From Candidatus Micrarchaeia archaeon (lineage in GTDB: Archaea; Micrarchaeota; Micrarchaeia; Norongarragalinales; CAINOH01), in assembly GCA_041663565.1 (NCBI GenBank), contig JBAYMJ010000004.1:582-64581 (forward strand): a stretch of 64,000 bases of DNA, read 5' to 3'. The position numbers and the translations under genes were made by a program. Below the pieces are notes generated by a model. That model was given only the letters and a program-made list of their open reading frames with translations, searched no databases and was not told where the DNA came from. Positions 18,930 through 27,447 of the stretch are shown here, piece after piece (within the stretch, counting starts at the first letter, position 1; the number at the start of each line of letters is the position of its first letter).

Positions 18930-19679
18930 TCAGACGGGAGTGCCTGCGGTGTTGGACACGTCCACCACCTGGTCGCACATCACCTGGATGCCGTTCTCGT
19001 CAAGCACCATCGGGCAGACGTTCTCGCTTATCCTCGTGTCGCGCATCTTGATGACTTCGACCGCGCGGATGCGCACGCCCTTCTCCCGCAGGTGGTAGAA
19101 GTGGATTATGCCGTCGGAGAGGAAGTCGGCGCGCTTCGAGGTATAATTGTCAAGACGGGCGGGCTCCTCGGAAACCACGAGGGTGGTGCAGCCGAGGTCG
19201 TGCAACAGCTGGAAGAGCTCAAGAAGCGTCTGCTGCTCGCGGTAGGCGTCCTTTTCGAACATCAGCGAGAACGAAGTCAGCGGGTCCAGGACGACTCGCG
19301 AGATGTTGAACGACTCTATGGTGTCGCGGATGGAGCCGCCGCCCTGGGCGACTATGTCCATCAGGTCCTTGGGCTGGTAGTGGAAGAAAACGAAACGGCC
19401 CTGGCGCTCGAACTCCTCGAAGTTCCAGCCAAATAGGGATGCGGTCTGGTATATCTCCTCGCGCGGCTCGGAAAAGCTGATGAAGAGGGCGTTCTCGCCG
19501 CACGCGGTAAGGCCGGAGTAGAGGAACTGCAGGCAGAAGGTGGTCTTGCCCGTGCCGGAGTCGCCGCCCACCAGGGTGACGCTCTTGCGTATCAGGCCTC
19601 CGCCAGTCATCTCGTCCAGGCCGGGGACGCCGGTGCTTGTGCGCACGACGCCGCACACGTTCTGAAGCCGCGGTTCCAT
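18930..19679 (-). CDS. KaiC-like/RAD55 RecA-superfamily ATPase
   Basis: STGVPGLDEMTGGG, Walker A GDSGTGKT, RVVLD and VIKMR; start trimmed to MEPRLQ. Confidence 0.88.
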   Translation of the reverse strand: MEPRLQNVCGVVRTSTGVPGLDEMTGGGLIRKSVTLVGGDSGTGKTTFCLQFLYSGLTACGENALFISFSEPREEIYQTASLFGWNFEEFERQGRFVFFHYQPKDLMDIVAQGGGSIRDTIESFNISRVVLDPLTSFSLMFEKDAYREQQTLLELFQLLHDLGCTTLVVSEEPARLDNYTSKRADFLSDGIIHFYHLREKGVRIRAVEVIKMRDTRISENVCPMVLDENGIQVMCDQVVDVSNTAGTPV

Positions 19680-19725
19680 GAGAAAAGCACGCAACCGGCA
19701 TTGATAAACGTGTCGAGGGCACCCG

Positions 19726-20847
19726 CTATGCGGAGAACACCTCGTCCATGTCGCCGAAGCGCTCGAGGACGGCTCCAAGGCCGAGAACCTTCCCGAGGGC
19801 AAGAAGCGAGGAAAGGCCGCGGTTTCCAAGGGCATCGAAAAACGAGCGGATGCCCCGGTGGAGCGCAAGCTTCCGGCCATATGCCTTTCTCCAGCGCTGC
19901 TCGTAGCGGATGGGCTGCTTGCGCTTGACGAAGGCCACAATCTCGTCGGCTGCAACCTTTGCGCACCTGCTTGCAAAGACTATGCCTCCACCGGTGCTTG
20001 CCTTCGCCTGGCCAGCGGCGTCGCCTACAAGCAGCACGTTCCCCAACTGCGTCCTTTTGCGCGGCCGGAGGGGAATCATGGCGTAGAACTCGCGGCGAGC
20101 CATTGCGCGCGCCCCAAGAAGCGCCCGCACTTCGGGCCGCGAAAGGAAAGCCGCCTTGGAGTACAGGAGGCCGCGGCGGTTTGTAGTGCCTAACCCCACG
20201 CGCACCACGGACTCCGAGCAGGGCACGGTCCAGCCGAAGAAGCCCGACAGCCTTTCGGAGTCGAGGAAGACCTGCACCTTGCCAACTGCCGGGACCTTCG
20301 CGTCGGCGTATTCCGCCTCGTAGCAGAAAGCGTAGTCGCGGTCGCGGAATGCCGGGAAGCACGCCGCCCGCGCAACCGCCGAATTCGCGCCGTCGGCGCC
20401 TACGAGGACCTTGCAGCGGAATTTTTGCGCTGCCTTGTTTTTGGGCCTCTTGCACGATACGGAAAAGCCCGACTCGTCCTCCAAAAACGACTCGAAGCGC
20501 GTGTCGAACAGAAACTTCGCGCCGGCCTTCTGCGCGGCCTTGGCGCAAGCTTCGTCGAACTTGAACCGGTCAAGCACGAGGGCCTGCACCTTGCCGGTGC
20601 GGACGCCCATGTGCGTGCCCGCGGCGCGGATGTCGGCCCCGTGGATTTCGTTGAGCGTTGACGACGAGTAGTCCGCGCCGATGGAATCAAGGCCCTTCCT
20701 GGAAACTATGGCGGTGCAGCGTCCGTACTTTCCGGGCAGGGGGTGCTCCTCCACGACGCAAACCGAAAGCCCGGCGCGGGCGCAATGGAGCGCGACGGCG
20801 CTGCCCGACACCGAGCCGCCAACGACAACAACGTCAAACTTTTGCAT
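19726..20847 (-). CDS. Geranylgeranyl reductase family FAD oxidoreductase
   Basis: DVVVVGGSVSG, LDRFKFD, VGADGANS and LLVGDAAGQAKASTGGGI. Confidence 0.85.
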   Translation of the reverse strand: MQKFDVVVVGGSVSGSAVALHCARAGLSVCVVEEHPLPGKYGRCTAIVSRKGLDSIGADYSSSTLNEIHGADIRAAGTHMGVRTGKVQALVLDRFKFDEACAKAAQKAGAKFLFDTRFESFLEDESGFSVSCKRPKNKAAQKFRCKVLVGADGANSAVARAACFPAFRDRDYAFCYEAEYADAKVPAVGKVQVFLDSERLSGFFGWTVPCSESVVRVGLGTTNRRGLLYSKAAFLSRPEVRALLGARAMARREFYAMIPLRPRKRTQLGNVLLVGDAAGQAKASTGGGIVFASRCAKVAADEIVAFVKRKQPIRYEQRWRKAYGRKLALHRGIRSFFDALGNRGLSSLLALGKVLGLGAVLERFGDMDEVFSA

Positions 20848-20899
20848 TCAATTTCGCCTGGAAGCGGATTGTTTGCCGCCCATCACTTGCAAATATATT

Positions 20900-22148
20900 T
20901 TGTTGGGCTGGATGACTCCTCATGTTAGCTGGGAGTTGAAAACCTCTCGAATAGTGGCAATGGGCTCGGTCAAGGTTAAAAAGTGTTGGTAACGCGGGTT
21001 TTTTATGAATCGGGTTTGCAAGTTCAGGTTGTATCCATCCAAAGCGCAGGAAGAGCTATTGCTCCAGCACTTGTGGGCAGCTAAAAACCTTTGGAACAAC
21101 GTCTTGAAAATTACTAAGCAGTTGTATGAGAACTTTGACAAATTCCCAACTGGGCGCACCCTAGCGCAGTTGAGCAAAGATTCGGGCTTGTATTCTCAAG
21201 TCGCGCAACAGGTTTCAATACGCTTGACTCTCGCATTGAAGGCAGTTTCGTGTCGTAAGAAATCGGGCGAGAAGGCGGGGTTTCCGCGTTTCAAAAACAT
21301 TGACCGAATGAAATCACTATGCTACCCCCAGTCAGGGTTCAAACTCGTAGAGAAGAAGCTGCGAGTCACTCCTTTTGGAGAAATCAACATCAGGTTACAC
21401 AGGCCAATCGAGGGCAAAATCAAAACGTTATCACTCAAGCGGAAGTCGAGCGGCAGATGGTTCGCCGTAATCACAGTCGAACTGCCCGACGTGGAATACA
21501 AGTCCAACGGCAAGCCGAGCGTCGGGATAGATGTTGGTTTGAAATCGTTTGCTACTCTGTCGGATGGTTCGAAGATAAAGAATCCGCGCAATTTTGAACT
21601 CGCTCAAGAGCGACTCGCAGCCGCCCAAAAGCAGTTGTCGAAAAAGGCAAGGGACGGGAAGAACCGCTGGAAATCCAAGCGCAGGGTGGCCCGTATCCAC
21701 GAAAAGATTGTGAACAAGCGCGACGACTACCTACACAAACTCTCACACAAGTTCGTAGGCGAGTACGGGCTAATTGCACTAGAAAAACTAGATATAAATA
21801 GGCTGAAAGAGAATAAGTTTGGTAAACAGATTAATGATGCTTCTTGGGGTAAACTCTCGAATATGATTAGCTACAAAGCGGCAGATGCTGGTTGCCAAGT
21901 CGTGCTCGTAGAACCCAAGGGAACAACAAAACAGTGTTCCAACTGCGGCCACGAAAAACGAATGCCACTAACTGAACGCATCTACGGGTGCGACGCCTGC
22001 GGGTTGGTGGAAGACCGTGACGTGAACGCTGCCAAAAACATACTTGCGAAAGCTACGGCGGGAATCGCCGGAAGTAACGCCCGTGGAGTCGGGAGCATAA
22101 TCCCGACAGTGAAACAGGAAGCACTAACCGAAAGGCGGTGTAATTCAC
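20900..22148 (+). mobile_element. IS200/IS605-family (IS1341-like) element carrying only tnpB; left boundary approximate
   Basis: tnpB ORF, visibly more AT-rich than its flanks, with a right-end-like motif GAAGCACTAACCGAAAGGCGGTGTAATTCAC ending at 22148; no tnpA nearby. Confidence 0.7.
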
Positions 22149-22174
22149 AGCGGTTGCAGGCTTCAACAGTTTAA
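21005..22174 (+). CDS. tnpB: RNA-guided endonuclease TnpB
   Basis: KFRLYP, GFPRFK, RuvC motifs GIDVG / IALEKL / DRDVNAAKNI, and zinc finger CSNCG..CDACG. Confidence 0.95.
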   Translation: MNRVCKFRLYPSKAQEELLLQHLWAAKNLWNNVLKITKQLYENFDKFPTGRTLAQLSKDSGLYSQVAQQVSIRLTLALKAVSCRKKSGEKAGFPRFKNIDRMKSLCYPQSGFKLVEKKLRVTPFGEINIRLHRPIEGKIKTLSLKRKSSGRWFAVITVELPDVEYKSNGKPSVGIDVGLKSFATLSDGSKIKNPRNFELAQERLAAAQKQLSKKARDGKNRWKSKRRVARIHEKIVNKRDDYLHKLSHKFVGEYGLIALEKLDINRLKENKFGKQINDASWGKLSNMISYKAADAGCQVVLVEPKGTTKQCSNCGHEKRMPLTERIYGCDACGLVEDRDVNAAKNILAKATAGIAGSNARGVGSIIPTVKQEALTERRCNSQRLQASTV

Positions 22175-22192
22175 CGAGTGTGACCATGAGAT

Positions 22193-22480
22193 ATGGACTT
22201 CCAACCTCTGCAGGCAATAGTCGGCGGCGCGCTGTTTCTGGTAAGCGGCTACGCGGTCTCCCTTGCTGCGTTTCCCAAAAACGAGCTTGACGCGATAGAG
22301 CGCATCGTGCTTTCGCTGTTCTTCTCGGTATCAATACCCGCGGTGCTCCTTCTGGTCGCGAACCTCCTCTTGGGAATACGGCTTGACGCGGTTGCAGTCT
22401 ATGCGGCGTACATAATCACGATTGCGGCCGCCCTCGGGTACATGAAGTACGGGAAGAAGGGCCACGGACACCGCGCATAA
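22193..22480 (+). CDS. Small membrane protein (DUF1616 N-terminus-like)
   Basis: Three hydrophobic segments; GYAVSLAAFP..LDAIERIVLS. Confidence 0.6.
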   Translation: MDFQPLQAIVGGALFLVSGYAVSLAAFPKNELDAIERIVLSLFFSVSIPAVLLLVANLLLGIRLDAVAVYAAYIITIAAALGYMKYGKKGHGHRA

Positions 22481-23183
22481 ACCACCCAAGCCATAGGTAG
22501 CGCAGCCGGAGCTGCAGGATTCCCAGCGTCATCTTCAACAAGTCCAGCGGACGCGCCTTACTGCCCTTCCGATACGCCCACGCAACCGGGCGCTCCGCAA
22601 CAACAAGGCCCATCTTCCTTGCGGCGACAAGCATCTCCACGTCCCACTCGTAGCCACTGGATGAAAAAGCGAACCTTGAGAGCTTGCGGGCTGCCTTCCG
22701 CGAGTAGAGCTTGTAGCCGCACTGCGTGTCGGAATACGAAAAGCCGAAGAGAAGGCGCACGAAGGAATTGAGAAGGAAGCTCAGGCAGCGACGGTAGAAC
22801 GGGATTGCGCCGATTGCCTTCGAGCCTGCGCGCCGCCTTGACGCGATGACTATGTCCGCTGCCTTGAGTTTTTGCCGCATCTTCGGAACCTCGGACAGCT
22901 CCAGGCTCGCGTCGGCGTCGAAGGAAAGGACGTCGCCGGTTGACTTCCGAAGGCCGACAAGTATTGCCGCGCCTTTCCCCAAGCGGTGCGGAAATGATAT
23001 CACTTCAAGCCGAGGCTTGAACGCGCCGGCAAACCTCCTGCAGGTTGTGGCGGTGGAATCGTCGCCGTCGCTGACTACGATGATCCGGGTCCCGCGCCGT
23101 TCCTTGGCCCACCCGGCAAGCACGGACAAAGTCGGCGCTATGCGCTCTTCCTCGTCGTATGCCGGGATAAGTATGGTCAGCAA
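22416..23183 (-). CDS. GT2 glycosyltransferase, dolichyl-phosphate hexosyltransferase-like
   Basis: ILIPAYDEE, GKGAA, FDAD, DTQCGYK and WDVEML. Confidence 0.88.
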   Translation of the reverse strand: MLTILIPAYDEEERIAPTLSVLAGWAKERRGTRIIVVSDGDDSTATTCRRFAGAFKPRLEVISFPHRLGKGAAILVGLRKSTGDVLSFDADASLELSEVPKMRQKLKAADIVIASRRRAGSKAIGAIPFYRRCLSFLLNSFVRLLFGFSYSDTQCGYKLYSRKAARKLSRFAFSSSGYEWDVEMLVAARKMGLVVAERPVAWAYRKGSKARPLDLLKMTLGILQLRLRYLWLGWFMRGVRGPSSRTSCTRGRPQS

Positions 23184-23307
23184 GCTAACTCCCCAGTCCT
23201 GCGGGGCGCAAATACACCGCAGGCCGTATATACCTTATCGTCCATCACAATAACAACTGTTCGAAAAACCTGATGCTGTTTCCTGAAAAGGACAAGTGGT
23301 GGCGCGT

Positions 23308-24681
23308 ATGTCTTCTTCTATTTTTGGCGGCTACGACGTCCGCGGGATATTCCCGACAGAGCTTGACGACAAGGCCGCGCTGCGCATAGGCGCATCCTTC
23401 GGCGCGCTGCTTTCGCAGAGGGGGATACCCACCTGCATCGTCGGCCGCGACAACCGCGAAAGCTCCGAGGCGCTCTCTCACGCATTCATCGAAGGCCTCA
23501 CTGCCTATGCAGGGGTGAACGTGATAGACATCGGCCTTGCGCCGACAAGCACCCTGTGCTTTGCCCTTTCCAACAACATGCAGATGGCCGGCGCCTCGGT
23601 AACCGCGTCGCACAACCCCATCCAATACAATGGCATCAAGTTCTACGGCCGAAAGGCACTACCGCTTTTTTCGGATGACCTTGCGAAGGTAAGACGGGTT
23701 TACGAATCCGAAGGCAATCTTGCGAAGGCAAACGTCGCAGGAAGGGTCACGCGCGCGACGTACACCGACAGGCACGCCGAGTTCGTCGCATCAAGGCACA
23801 GGCTCGCACGCAAGTTCAAGGTCGTAGTCGACTGCGGCAACTCCGTGTGCGGAATGGTCGCGCTCCGGATGTTCAAGCTTTTGGGCTGCGAGACGGTCGA
23901 GCTTTTCTGCGAGCCCGACGGCAGGTACCCGAACCACCTGCCTGACCCGCACAAGCGCGAGAACTACGCGGCGATTACCGCGAAGGTCATCGAGACAAAG
24001 GCGGACTTCGGCGTGATGTTCGACGGCGACGGCGACCGCGCGGGCTTCGTCGACGAGACGGGAAACATAGTCGACGGCGACTACGCGCACATCCTGCTTT
24101 TGCGCGACCTGCTCTCGCGCAAGCCGGGCGCGACCGCGATACTCGACCTGCGGCTTTCGCTTGCAGTGTTCGAGGACGCCACCGCGCACGGGGCCAAGGT
24201 AGTGATGAGCAAGGCGGGCAGGATGGCAATCCACGAGGAGATGGACAAGCTTTCCGCGGACTACGGCGGGGAAGTCACCGGGCACATCTCGTTTGCGGAA
24301 AACTCGGGAAACGACGACGCGTTCTACTCTACGGCGAGGATGGCGCAGATACTCTCGCAGTCGCAGGAAAAGTTCTCGAAGATTGTCTCGGACCTGCCGC
24401 ACTACTATTCGCTTCCCGAGATGCGCATCCCCTGCGCCAACGAAAGGAAGTTCGCAATCGTGGAGGAAGTCAAGAAGGAGATGTGGAAGAGCTACAAGGT
24501 CAACTCGCTCGACGGCGTCCGGGTTGACTTCGACGACTCGTGGGGGCTGCTGCGCGTCTCCAACACCGAGCCGCAGGTTACGCTGCGGTTCGAAGGAAAG
24601 ACCCGGGCCGCGCTGGAAAAAGTATACGCGATATTCTCTGCCGAGCTTTCAAAGAACGGCGTCACGCTCCCAAAAATCTGA
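23308..24681 (+). CDS. Phosphomannomutase/phosphoglucomutase
   Basis: YDVRG, TASHNP, DGDGDR, GEVTGH and RVSNTEP. Confidence 0.93.
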   Translation: MSSSIFGGYDVRGIFPTELDDKAALRIGASFGALLSQRGIPTCIVGRDNRESSEALSHAFIEGLTAYAGVNVIDIGLAPTSTLCFALSNNMQMAGASVTASHNPIQYNGIKFYGRKALPLFSDDLAKVRRVYESEGNLAKANVAGRVTRATYTDRHAEFVASRHRLARKFKVVVDCGNSVCGMVALRMFKLLGCETVELFCEPDGRYPNHLPDPHKRENYAAITAKVIETKADFGVMFDGDGDRAGFVDETGNIVDGDYAHILLLRDLLSRKPGATAILDLRLSLAVFEDATAHGAKVVMSKAGRMAIHEEMDKLSADYGGEVTGHISFAENSGNDDAFYSTARMAQILSQSQEKFSKIVSDLPHYYSLPEMRIPCANERKFAIVEEVKKEMWKSYKVNSLDGVRVDFDDSWGLLRVSNTEPQVTLRFEGKTRAALEKVYAIFSAELSKNGVTLPKI

Positions 24682-24703
24682 TTGCCCCGGACGGCGTTTA
24701 CGG

Positions 24704-25444
24704 TCAGAGCCTGCGCACGTTGCGCTTCAGCCACTCCTCGGCCTCCGCATACTGCCCGAACTTACGCTCGTCCGCAAGGAACGAAGTCGAGTGCACGATT
24801 ACCCGCATGCTCTTGCCGCGCTCGTAGAGCGGCTTGTACTTCGAGTGCAAAAACTCGTGGAAGCACAGGTACTCGATTATGAACCGGGGGACTTCTTCGG
24901 AATCGAATATGCGGCTCACGAGGACCGCGTCGAACGCGCGGTCGTAGAATGCCAGGGTGCGCCGTCCGCCCTTGTCGTTCCAATGGACCGCAGGCATCTT
25001 GTCAAGCTGGAGCACCCAGCGGTATTTTTCCATCACCGACCTACCGACCTCCGAAAGGTCGTACGCGGTTCCCTGCGAGTTGTCGCGCCGCTTCCTAGCG
25101 CGCATCTGCCTCATGGAATCGGAAAGCTTGAACAATGCGCCCTTCTTGGAAAACTCGCGGAAGGCACGCACGTACTCGTTGTCCACTTTCCTGCGAAAGA
25201 GCCGGCCGCACAAGTCAAGCGCAAGGCCCGTGAGCGCCTCGCGGGTGGACAGCCGGAACGCGTCGCTCGCCTCGGCGTCGATGCGCATCTGCAGCCGGTC
25301 CACCGATGCTTTGTGCCTGACGGACGAGAACGGCCTGAAGCGCGCATTGACCGAGTAGCCGGAGATGCCCAGGATTGAGAGTGCGGAATAGAACGCGGCC
25401 TCCAGGTCGGAGTCGTCGAATGAGTCTGCCGGAAGGTCGTCCAT
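24704..25444 (-). CDS. Zincin metallopeptidase-like protein (SprT/YgjP-like)
   Basis: VPRFIIEYLCFHEFLH...H..F. Confidence 0.7.
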   Translation of the reverse strand: MDDLPADSFDDSDLEAAFYSALSILGISGYSVNARFRPFSSVRHKASVDRLQMRIDAEASDAFRLSTREALTGLALDLCGRLFRRKVDNEYVRAFREFSKKGALFKLSDSMRQMRARKRRDNSQGTAYDLSEVGRSVMEKYRWVLQLDKMPAVHWNDKGGRRTLAFYDRAFDAVLVSRIFDSEEVPRFIIEYLCFHEFLHSKYKPLYERGKSMRVIVHSTSFLADERKFGQYAEAEEWLKRNVRRL

Positions 25445-25562
25445 CGGAATCAGGAAGATACATTGGATGCCGGGAGTTTTTTTGACTATGCAAAAAAATA
25501 CGAAGCATTAAATACGGCGCGCCGGTGATATGATAAATCTCAAAAAAAGGAGGCGTAATGAA

Positions 25563-25595
25563 ATGGCAGCAAAGAAGAAAGCAAAGAAGAAATAA
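25563..25595 (+). CDS. Micro-ORF MAAKKKAKKK (10 aa)
   Basis: GGAGG 9 nt upstream, TTAAAT box near 25508, hairpin downstream; paralog at 25794. Confidence 0.6.
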   Translation: MAAKKKAKKK

Positions 25596-25610
25596 GTGCC
25601 TTGATTTTTA

Positions 25611-25640
25611 GGGGGGAGCATTCCCCCCGCACCATTTTTC
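25611..25640 (+). terminator. GC hairpin plus T-tract after micro-ORF 1
   Basis: GGGGGGAGCATTCCCCCC followed by GCACCATTTTT. Confidence 0.55.
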
Positions 25641-25793
25641 GCCGAGAAAAACAATATTTGCCGGAAAAAATAAAAAAATCCGGCGAAAAATCTGATTTTG
25701 CCGGAAATTATTTTTCCAAAAATTCTGGTATAGTTTTTTATATGATGCCGCAGTGCCAGTATTAACTTTTCAAGAAAAGGAGTGAATCCACAC

Positions 25794-25838
25794 ATGGCAG
25801 CAAAGAAGAAGGCTAAGGCAAAGGCCAAGAAGAAATAA
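25794..25838 (+). CDS. Micro-ORF MAAKKKAKAKAKKK (14 aa)
   Basis: AGGAGTGA SD-like site upstream, TTTATA box near 25737, hairpin downstream. Confidence 0.6.
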   Translation: MAAKKKAKAKAKKK

Positions 25839-25854
25839 TTTATTTTAAGAGTAT

Positions 25855-25890
25855 GGGGGACGCATGTGCCCCCGACTTTTTCTTTTATTT
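25855..25890 (+). terminator. GC hairpin plus T-tract after micro-ORF 2
   Basis: GGGGGACGCATGTGCCCCC followed by GACTTTTTCTTTTATTT. Confidence 0.6.
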
Positions 25891-25972
25891 CCCTTCCTTT
25901 CTTTTTACTTTCCGAAAATTCCATCCCGCCGGCGAGCCTGCTGCATATTTATCCTCCGGCGTGGAGAATAAT

Positions 25973-26053
25973 CCTGTGATGAGACTGAGGTATTTCCTAG
26001 CCGCTTGTCCTATGGGATTCTGCTGCGATGAGGAGAAGAGAGTCATCTGATAA
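25973..26053 (+). ncRNA. Box C/D 2'-O-methylation guide sRNA, probably double-guide, targeting 23S rRNA
   Basis: Box C GTGATGA 25976-25982, degenerate D' CTAG 25997-26000, C' GCGATGA 26025-26031, box D CTGA 26047-26050. Both guides complement recalled 23S H69-H71 consensus. Confidence 0.7.
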
Positions 26054-26057
26054 TTGT

Positions 26058-26672
26058 TCAACCGCTTTCCTCTGCGGACTGGACGGAATACACAAGCACT
26101 TTTGGTCTGAGCGTGCGCCACGAATCGGGCCGCATCCCTGCCTTCGCGCACAGGTGCGAAAGGAACTCCTCCTTTCCCGGAAGCTGTTCCCAGACCTGCG
26201 GGAGGAAAGTCGAGCCAGCTCCGTTCGAGAACTTAAGCAGCACGCCGTTCTCGCGTGGCTTTAGCTTTGAAAGCAAATCGCTTGAATCAGAATAACCAAG
26301 CTCGGACAGCGGCGAAAGCACCGAAACCTCAATAGTGATTTTTTCAAACTCGTCTTTTGAAAGCGGCAGGAAGCGCGGGTCGGAGAACGCGGCGTTGAGC
26401 GCGTTGTCATAAACCGCATACAGCAGAGGCGAGTCGGCAAACATCGAGCCTATGCAGCCGCGAAGGTTCCCGGCGATGGTCAGGGTGAGGAACGCGCCGC
26501 GCTTTTGCATGAGGGCGCCGGCATCTTTTCCCGCGGATTTTTCCAAACCTTTCCGTGAAAGGTTCGGCTGGCCGGAAAGCCGCCGCGCTATCGCTTCCCT
26601 TGCGATGCGCAAAAGAAGACGCATCTGCGGCTTTGAAAACCGTTTCTCACTTGTAGAACGCGAAAGCGCCAT
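26058..26672 (-). CDS. amrA: AmmeMemoRadiSam system protein A (AMMECR1 family)
   Basis: GAFLTL..LRGCIG, AAFSDPRF and TFLPQVWEQLP. Confidence 0.92.
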   Translation of the reverse strand: MALSRSTSEKRFSKPQMRLLLRIAREAIARRLSGQPNLSRKGLEKSAGKDAGALMQKRGAFLTLTIAGNLRGCIGSMFADSPLLYAVYDNALNAAFSDPRFLPLSKDEFEKITIEVSVLSPLSELGYSDSSDLLSKLKPRENGVLLKFSNGAGSTFLPQVWEQLPGKEEFLSHLCAKAGMRPDSWRTLRPKVLVYSVQSAEESG

Positions 26673-27447
26673 AGCCTACCACCCTTGAATCGTCGCCGCT
26701 TGCCTCTGCCGAAGTCGAGTAACCGAGCCGCACGCACTTCCAGCCCAGCCTGCGGGCAAGAAGCATAACGATGACTATGCCTGTCTTTCCGCACGCGTCG
26801 ATTTCATCCGCACGCGAAACGTCAAGACCTGATATTATTCCGCACGAACGCGAATCAACCGCCTTTGCTTTTGCGAGAGGGAGAAAATGCGAAAGGTCGC
26901 TGCTGACTACCAGGAGGTTCCCTGGTTCCTGCATTGCTACTGAAAGGTAATCAGCGGCGCCCTGCCCGTCGGTCTCGCAGGTTAGCGCGGGATAGATTGT
27001 GAAATCTTTTTTCATCACAGCCTGCAGGAACGGGAGCTGGACTTCGAGGCAGTGCTCGGGGGCGTGGGCCTCGCACGCATCAATGACCAGGTCGGACTTG
27101 CCGCAAATCTTATCGATTGCGCCAGCAGCGACTCCGCCGATTGGCGTCCGCCATGCTGTTGCGCCGCAGGTCGCAAGGCCGGAAAAGAGCGCGTTGTGCG
27201 ATGGGCCGACAAGGATTACGTTTTTTGGCTGTGATGCGAGTTGTGACAAAAGGGCGTATGCCTTGCCGGCGGTTGCGCCGGAATAGACATAACCTGCGTG
27301 GGGAACTATCAGGGCGCGAAGGGTGCCGGGAACTTCCGCCGCGGCCGCTTTGTTCAGGAAGCCATACACCGCGGATTCCAGTTGCGTTTTTCCCGCAGGG
27401 TAGAAACTGCCTGCGTATGCCGGTTTGCGCTCGGTCTTTTTCTCCAT
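26647..27447 (-). CDS. amrB: AmmeMemoRadiSam system protein B (MEMO1 family)
   Basis: AGSFYP, VPHAGYVYSG, EHCLEVQLPFLQ and SSDLSH. Confidence 0.93.
   Translation of the reverse strand: MEKKTERKPAYAGSFYPAGKTQLESAVYGFLNKAAAAEVPGTLRALIVPHAGYVYSGATAGKAYALLSQLASQPKNVILVGPSHNALFSGLATCGATAWRTPIGGVAAGAIDKICGKSDLVIDACEAHAPEHCLEVQLPFLQAVMKKDFTIYPALTCETDGQGAADYLSVAMQEPGNLLVVSSDLSHFLPLAKAKAVDSRSCGIISGLDVSRADEIDACGKTGIVIVMLLARRLGWKCVRLGYSTSAEASGDDSRVVGYGAFAFYK

Noticed and set aside
21005..22174. Cas12f/Cas14 or a nuclease-dead TnpB regulator
   Set aside because: No CRISPR array nearby, an IS-type right end is present, and the catalytic residues are intact.
25558..25611. Alternative micro-ORF MKWQQRRKQRRNKCLDF
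   Set aside because: SD spacing is poorer, and the second repeat unit has an ATG only in the MAAKK frame.
25508..26151. Minus-strand Phe-rich ORFs 25508..25924 and 25885..26151
   Set aside because: They are antisense readings of the A-rich micro-genes and the sRNA; no protein motifs.
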